From assembly GCA_020536535.1 (NCBI GenBank), contig JAHLWZ010000127.1:1-64000 (forward strand): DNA of 64,000 bases, in the 5' to 3' direction. A model generated the notes under the pieces. That model was not told where the DNA came from and made no database searches. It worked only from the letters and a program-made list of their open reading frames with translations. Numbering within the stretch: position 1 is the first letter of the stretch; every line of letters begins with the position of its first letter. This stretch comes from Pelomyxa schiedti (taxonomy: Eukaryota > Protista > Evosea). The position numbers were made by a program, and so were the translations under genes. Below are positions 59,911 through 64,000 of the stretch, piece by piece.

Positions 59911-61840
59911 TCACAACTTCGATGTTGAGCTTGTTGGTGGAGAAGAATCTGGGAAGAATGCTTCCATGTAGGCATGGAATGATTCTGTGACATCCTGCTT
60001 GGTCAGACCATACATTTCAAGGGTGGCTGCAGCACGGCCGTGCTTTCCTTGTGGGTTGTCAACAAGGTACTGCTTCATGGCATCCCGCGATTCAGCACTG
60101 AAAAAGCGGGAGAGTTAGTGCAGAAACACCCAGAGGCAGGTCTTACGTGAACGGAATGCGGAAGTGAGAATAGATTCTCTGCACTGCAGCAATGGGGTCG
60201 GCCATCAACTCTAATTGAAATATGTCAGTGGGCTTACTTGTGTGATTGTATTGTGGCACTGGGGGCTCTGTAGATAAGAAGAGGTACCTTGATAGTTCAA
60301 GTTGAAATATTTCTCTGCTGGTGTGTTGTGCTGCCATTCCGCTATCTTTCCAAATGCATGGCTCCACAGCTCCAAGCTAGAGCGGCCGACTTTCGCGCGG
60401 TTGAAGGTGTTTGGGTACCAGTTGATTGAAGTGTATGCCTCGACTAAAGCACACCAACTTGCAATCACTTGTGTGGGGTCCCGGTGCATGAAAATAACTC
60501 CAGCATCCTGAAAAACCCTTGAGAGGGAGTTCAGGTAGAGTGAATGGAAGGGGCACTTGAGCACCCAAGCTTCTGTTGGTGCCCATCCCTGAATGTGAGG
60601 TGAGTGGGAGTTTTTCATGAGGTCTGCTCATACAGAATTTTCCATTGTAAGAAACGAGCACAACCAATGGTACAGATAGTCTTTATTTTCATCCAAAAGG
60701 AATTGTTTGTACTCGGGAGAACAATCCATCCACAGAGAAAAAGAAACGCCCAGTGTGCCTCTTTTGGATTTATGAGTTTCGTTTTGCAAAGAAAACATAG
60801 GAATTACAGGATAAACAGTTCCTCCTCTACCATCAATATTAGTCAAGACGGAATACGACAAAAAAAAAACATACCAACGCTCTCCGGTGAACTGAAGTGT
60901 GACCTATTTGCACGCTCCCTGATAATTTGGTGAACTCCGTGTAAAGAAAATGGAGGAAAGGTACCTGAAACCAGGAAAGAGAAGCTCAAGAGTTGCTGAA
61001 CTCGATGCTGTCTGAAAAATCGTGAGATTTTGTAGCTAGAAGGAGGAGATATTACTCTTGTAAGCCTGGGGTCTGTTTGCATAGACTGGCGCGAAGGAGC
61101 AGGTGGAACAGGGGAAACCATCTCGAAGGTATGGAGACAGCGATTGGCCAAATCCACATGCAGTAAACTGAATAAGGAAAAGGTTAGACGAAAAGGCAAT
61201 TGTCATTCAGTCAGTTACTTGTGAAGAAGAGTGGTTCCCGTTCTTGGAAGGCCAGTTATAAAAAGTACCTTCCTAGGCCTCATTTCTGGTGTTAGAGGGG
61301 TGGCTCTCAAATACTTGGCAGCCTTAAACTACTTAGTACTGTTTTCGCAGGTGGAAGGAGCCACACCTCAATAGCTGAACACACGCCAAGTTGAGACCTT
61401 ATCTGCCAAACAAATTTTGCTACCCTGGGCATATCTCGCCTTTCCACATCAGCCGCCCAGAGTTCCCATCCATCTACAACAGCGCTACAATCTCCCATCT
61501 CGGGAGGCGCAATGGATTCGAATTCTCGTGCCAACTTGTGGAATGGTAAGAGAAGGGAAACGAAAAAAACCCATTCACCACATACTGTACTAAAACGGGA
61601 TTTTGAGAAGGCCAAAGGGTCCATGTGAAGCCAGCTTAGTCCCCAAGATAAATAGTCCAGACCCCAAGATAGCCATGACAAAGGACCCTGGTCAGCAGGT
61701 ATGAAAAGTGGTTCTGCCTCAGGTGCATTTCCCTTTGGTGGTGTTGTAGCTGCATAAGAGACCCCGGACGACGTGCCTTTAGTAGCCGCAAGCGCCGCAG
61801 TTGCTACTGTTGGGCATAAGTCCTCGGTAGTGGTTTGCAT
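59911..61840 (-). CDS. PAPS-dependent sulfotransferase (Sulfotransfer_3-like)
   Basis: 5'-PSB loop LFITGLPRTGTTLLHK (~61215-61265), WVLKCPFHSLYL, VIFMHRDPTQVIASW, LMADPIAAVQRIYSHF, and C-terminal NPQGKHG...MYGLTKQDV. Confidence 0.85.
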
Positions 61841-62165
61841 CCCAATGTGCTTGCTGTCTTTACCCTTTGCTTTTTCTTTTTCCGTTTTCTCGTTCCTTGT
61901 GAGTTCGCTGATGATGGCTTCCACTTGTTCCGTACGCAGCAGTAACAGAAACGGTGTGTTTTTGTTTTTTGCCTTTTCCGTGATCGCCGGGGCACTTTCA
62001 CGTTCAATTACCCGTTTGGTGTTTGATGTCTCGCGGTGTTTGTTACTGTTTTTTCGCCTGATCACGGGCCCGCCATCCAAAACACTGATAAGGGAACGAA
62101 AGAAAGTTCAATGTGTTTGGTCTTTCGCAGGCGGGGAAGGTGATGTCACGGAAGTGGAGGAGGAC

Positions 62166-62432
62166 TTAACCCCTGCCGTCATCTTCATCGGCAGCGAGGT
62201 GACGGGCTGCGCCTGCTGTTCCCTTCCCAATCGTGTGTGCTTTGGGCTTCTTGGCAGCTGGTTTCTTGGTTGGGGTCGTTGGTGGCGGCTTGGCTGCCGC
62301 GGCCTTGGCGGCTGCTACTTCCTCGGGTGAAAGGAACGGGGAATAGAAACCAGCAGCCTCCGCTTGCTCTATAAACTGGTCCTCACGGTGATAGTGGCGC
62401 CTAAGAAACGCACGCGAGTTTAGTTGGTTGCT

Positions 62433-62464
<32 letters not shown>

Positions 62465-64000
62465 NNNNNNNNNNNNNNNNNNNNNNNNNNNNNNNNNNNN
62501 NNNNNNNNNNNNNNNNNNNNNNNNNNNNNNNNNNNNNNNNNNNNNNNNNNNNNNNNNNNNNNNNTTGAATCAAAATAGTTGTCAGTGAATACTGACACGG
62601 GTGAATTGCAAATAACAAAGAAAAGAGCATACTCCTGAACTCCACCCTGTGAAAGTAGCATCTCCCATCAAGGCATCCCAACCACCATTTTCAAGCATAT
62701 CGAGGCACACCCAACACCCGAAAACTGGAAATTGTTAACAGAAAAGTTGAGAGGGGAGGGGAAAAACCATTGGGATGGTAGAGTTTGGTGCAGATCTAGC
62801 GCTGAATGTTAGTGACCAATGAAAGAAAAGAGATAAGTTACATTCACTACGGGGGGTTTCCTTGGATACTTGATGGAAAATCTGTGAAATTGTTACATGA
62901 GAACTCTTGAAGGAAAAACGCACTTGATAACCAAATGGAACACAACATCCGCATAAGGAGTCTTAGGAGGTCCACCCTTAAGTTGCATTAACTTTAGGAA
63001 ATATCCTTGAGAACTACCATATTACAATGCCAAACAAAGATGTCACTTGAAAGAGGAACAGCAGACACGTTGTATATAACTGTTCGCTCTAGTTCCTTGA
63101 TGTCCCTCATTAATCTTTTTTCGGCAAACGCTTTACTCTCATCCGGGGTGAGCTTCCAAAGGTGAGGTGCTGAGGAAAAGGAAGGCACAGACTCACCTTG
63201 TGTGCTGCATCCAGTGCACTTGACTTGATTTTCGGAGGGTGAGATTGGTCTAGTTTTGCTGGGGCAGATGACGCAGTAATCTTTAGTGCTGCAGAATGCT
63301 CTTTCATGTATTTCGCATATTCATCAGGTGACATGTGGATAAGTTCTCCATTTCGTACTATCCACCCGTCTCGAAGAAACAGTTCCACAGTTGTGGGAAG
63401 CTCTTCAGTATCACCCATCTCGAGAGCAGCAGCACGTTCAGCAGCCTACTCTCAGTGAATTGGTTTTCTAAGAAAAGAGGAAGAGACCTTGCGCTGGACA
63501 AGAGTTTCAACTGGTTCTGCCGTCTCGAGAATACGTGTTCCAGTACGAGTGTTTGCACCATGGCAGTCTGCCTCTGTTACCCTACACCGAGCTGCTCTTA
63601 CAGCCTTGGCCATCGCATCATCAACTAGGTTGTAAGAGACCTTCTTTGCAGCTAAAGAGTGTTAGCTGGGGAGAGAACAGGATTCAGAAAAAAGTTACGT
63701 TTTGATGGTGGGGTCCGTTTCCAGTTCTTGTCATTATTACTGGAATAGAATTGGGGTTTTGAACCGTGGTCCTGCTTTATGTCCCACCATGGTTCCTGTA
63801 AATACTTGATTAGTGAAAGCTACTATCAAATAGTCTTTACAGTCAATGTACGAGGAGCCTGCTGAAACTGTAAATCGCTTGACATAGCAGAAAACATGTG
63901 ACGCAAAGACTCCTAGTTACCAAAAATAATATGAGTTTAAAACCGTAGTGGCTGTAACAAACCCTCATCTTCGCTGAAGATGACACCTCAGAGGCATATC
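62166..64000 (-). CDS. Multidomain ubiquitin-conjugating (UBC/E2) domain protein; 5' end probably outside the window, interrupted by an assembly gap
   Basis: Spliced UBC: KRLMRDIKEL...VPLSSDIFVWHCNM|GGPPKTPYADVVFHLVIK|FSIKYPRKPPVVN|ICTKLYHPN|VFGCWVCLDML...TGWSSG|YSLTTILIQ. HPN motif and catalytic Cys intact. 3' end beyond the gap is uncertain. Confidence 0.75.
62433..62564. other. 32-nt poly-G run followed by a 100-N scaffold gap
   Basis: G at 62433-62464 and N at 62465-62564, read directly. Confidence 0.98.

Noticed and set aside
62433-62464. Poly-G run read as a poly-Pro tract or G-quadruplex element
   Set aside because: It abuts a 100-N gap, so it is likely an assembly or sequencing artefact (e.g. 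two-colour chemistry G tail). Its true length and meaning cannot be judged.
61307-62681. Possible UBC-sulfotransferase fusion
   Set aside because: The frame after the gap stops at 62166. The region 61850-62100 is A-rich on the coding strand like other 5' flanks here, and an ATG at 61840 gives a self-contained sulfotransferase.

Overview
This is gene-dense, intron-rich eukaryotic DNA with about 20 tightly packed genes and mostly short (~30-100 nt) introns. The gene set (SH3-tailed myosin I, villin-like actin regulator, flagellar CFAP43, a glycyl-radical enzyme, a sulfotransferase) suggests an anaerobic flagellated amoebozoan, probably an archamoeba such as Pelomyxa; this is inference. Recognisable genes are a GH5 beta-mannanase, a VWA7-like protein, RBM39, myosin I, a minimal PI3/PI4-kinase, an MIT-MIT-RasGEF-like protein, a C1-SH3 adaptor, an intronless ankyrin protein, a Cache-TM-class I phosphodiesterase, BUD32/TP53RK, a giant LRR-gelsolin-coiled-coil-villin protein, calcineurin A, CFAP43, Arf, a sulfotransferase and a partial UBC protein. 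The most striking locus is 25159-29919 (-): a glycyl-radical enzyme of the 4-hydroxyphenylacetate decarboxylase (HPAD) clade spliced in frame to its own radical-SAM activase. A similar fusion has been published for Mastigamoeba balamuthi. Here the HPAD phenol-binding residues appear substituted and the activase lacks the ferredoxin insert, so the substrate may differ. CDS coordinates are gene spans including introns. Exon structures were read by hand and family assignments rest on motif recall, not database searches.
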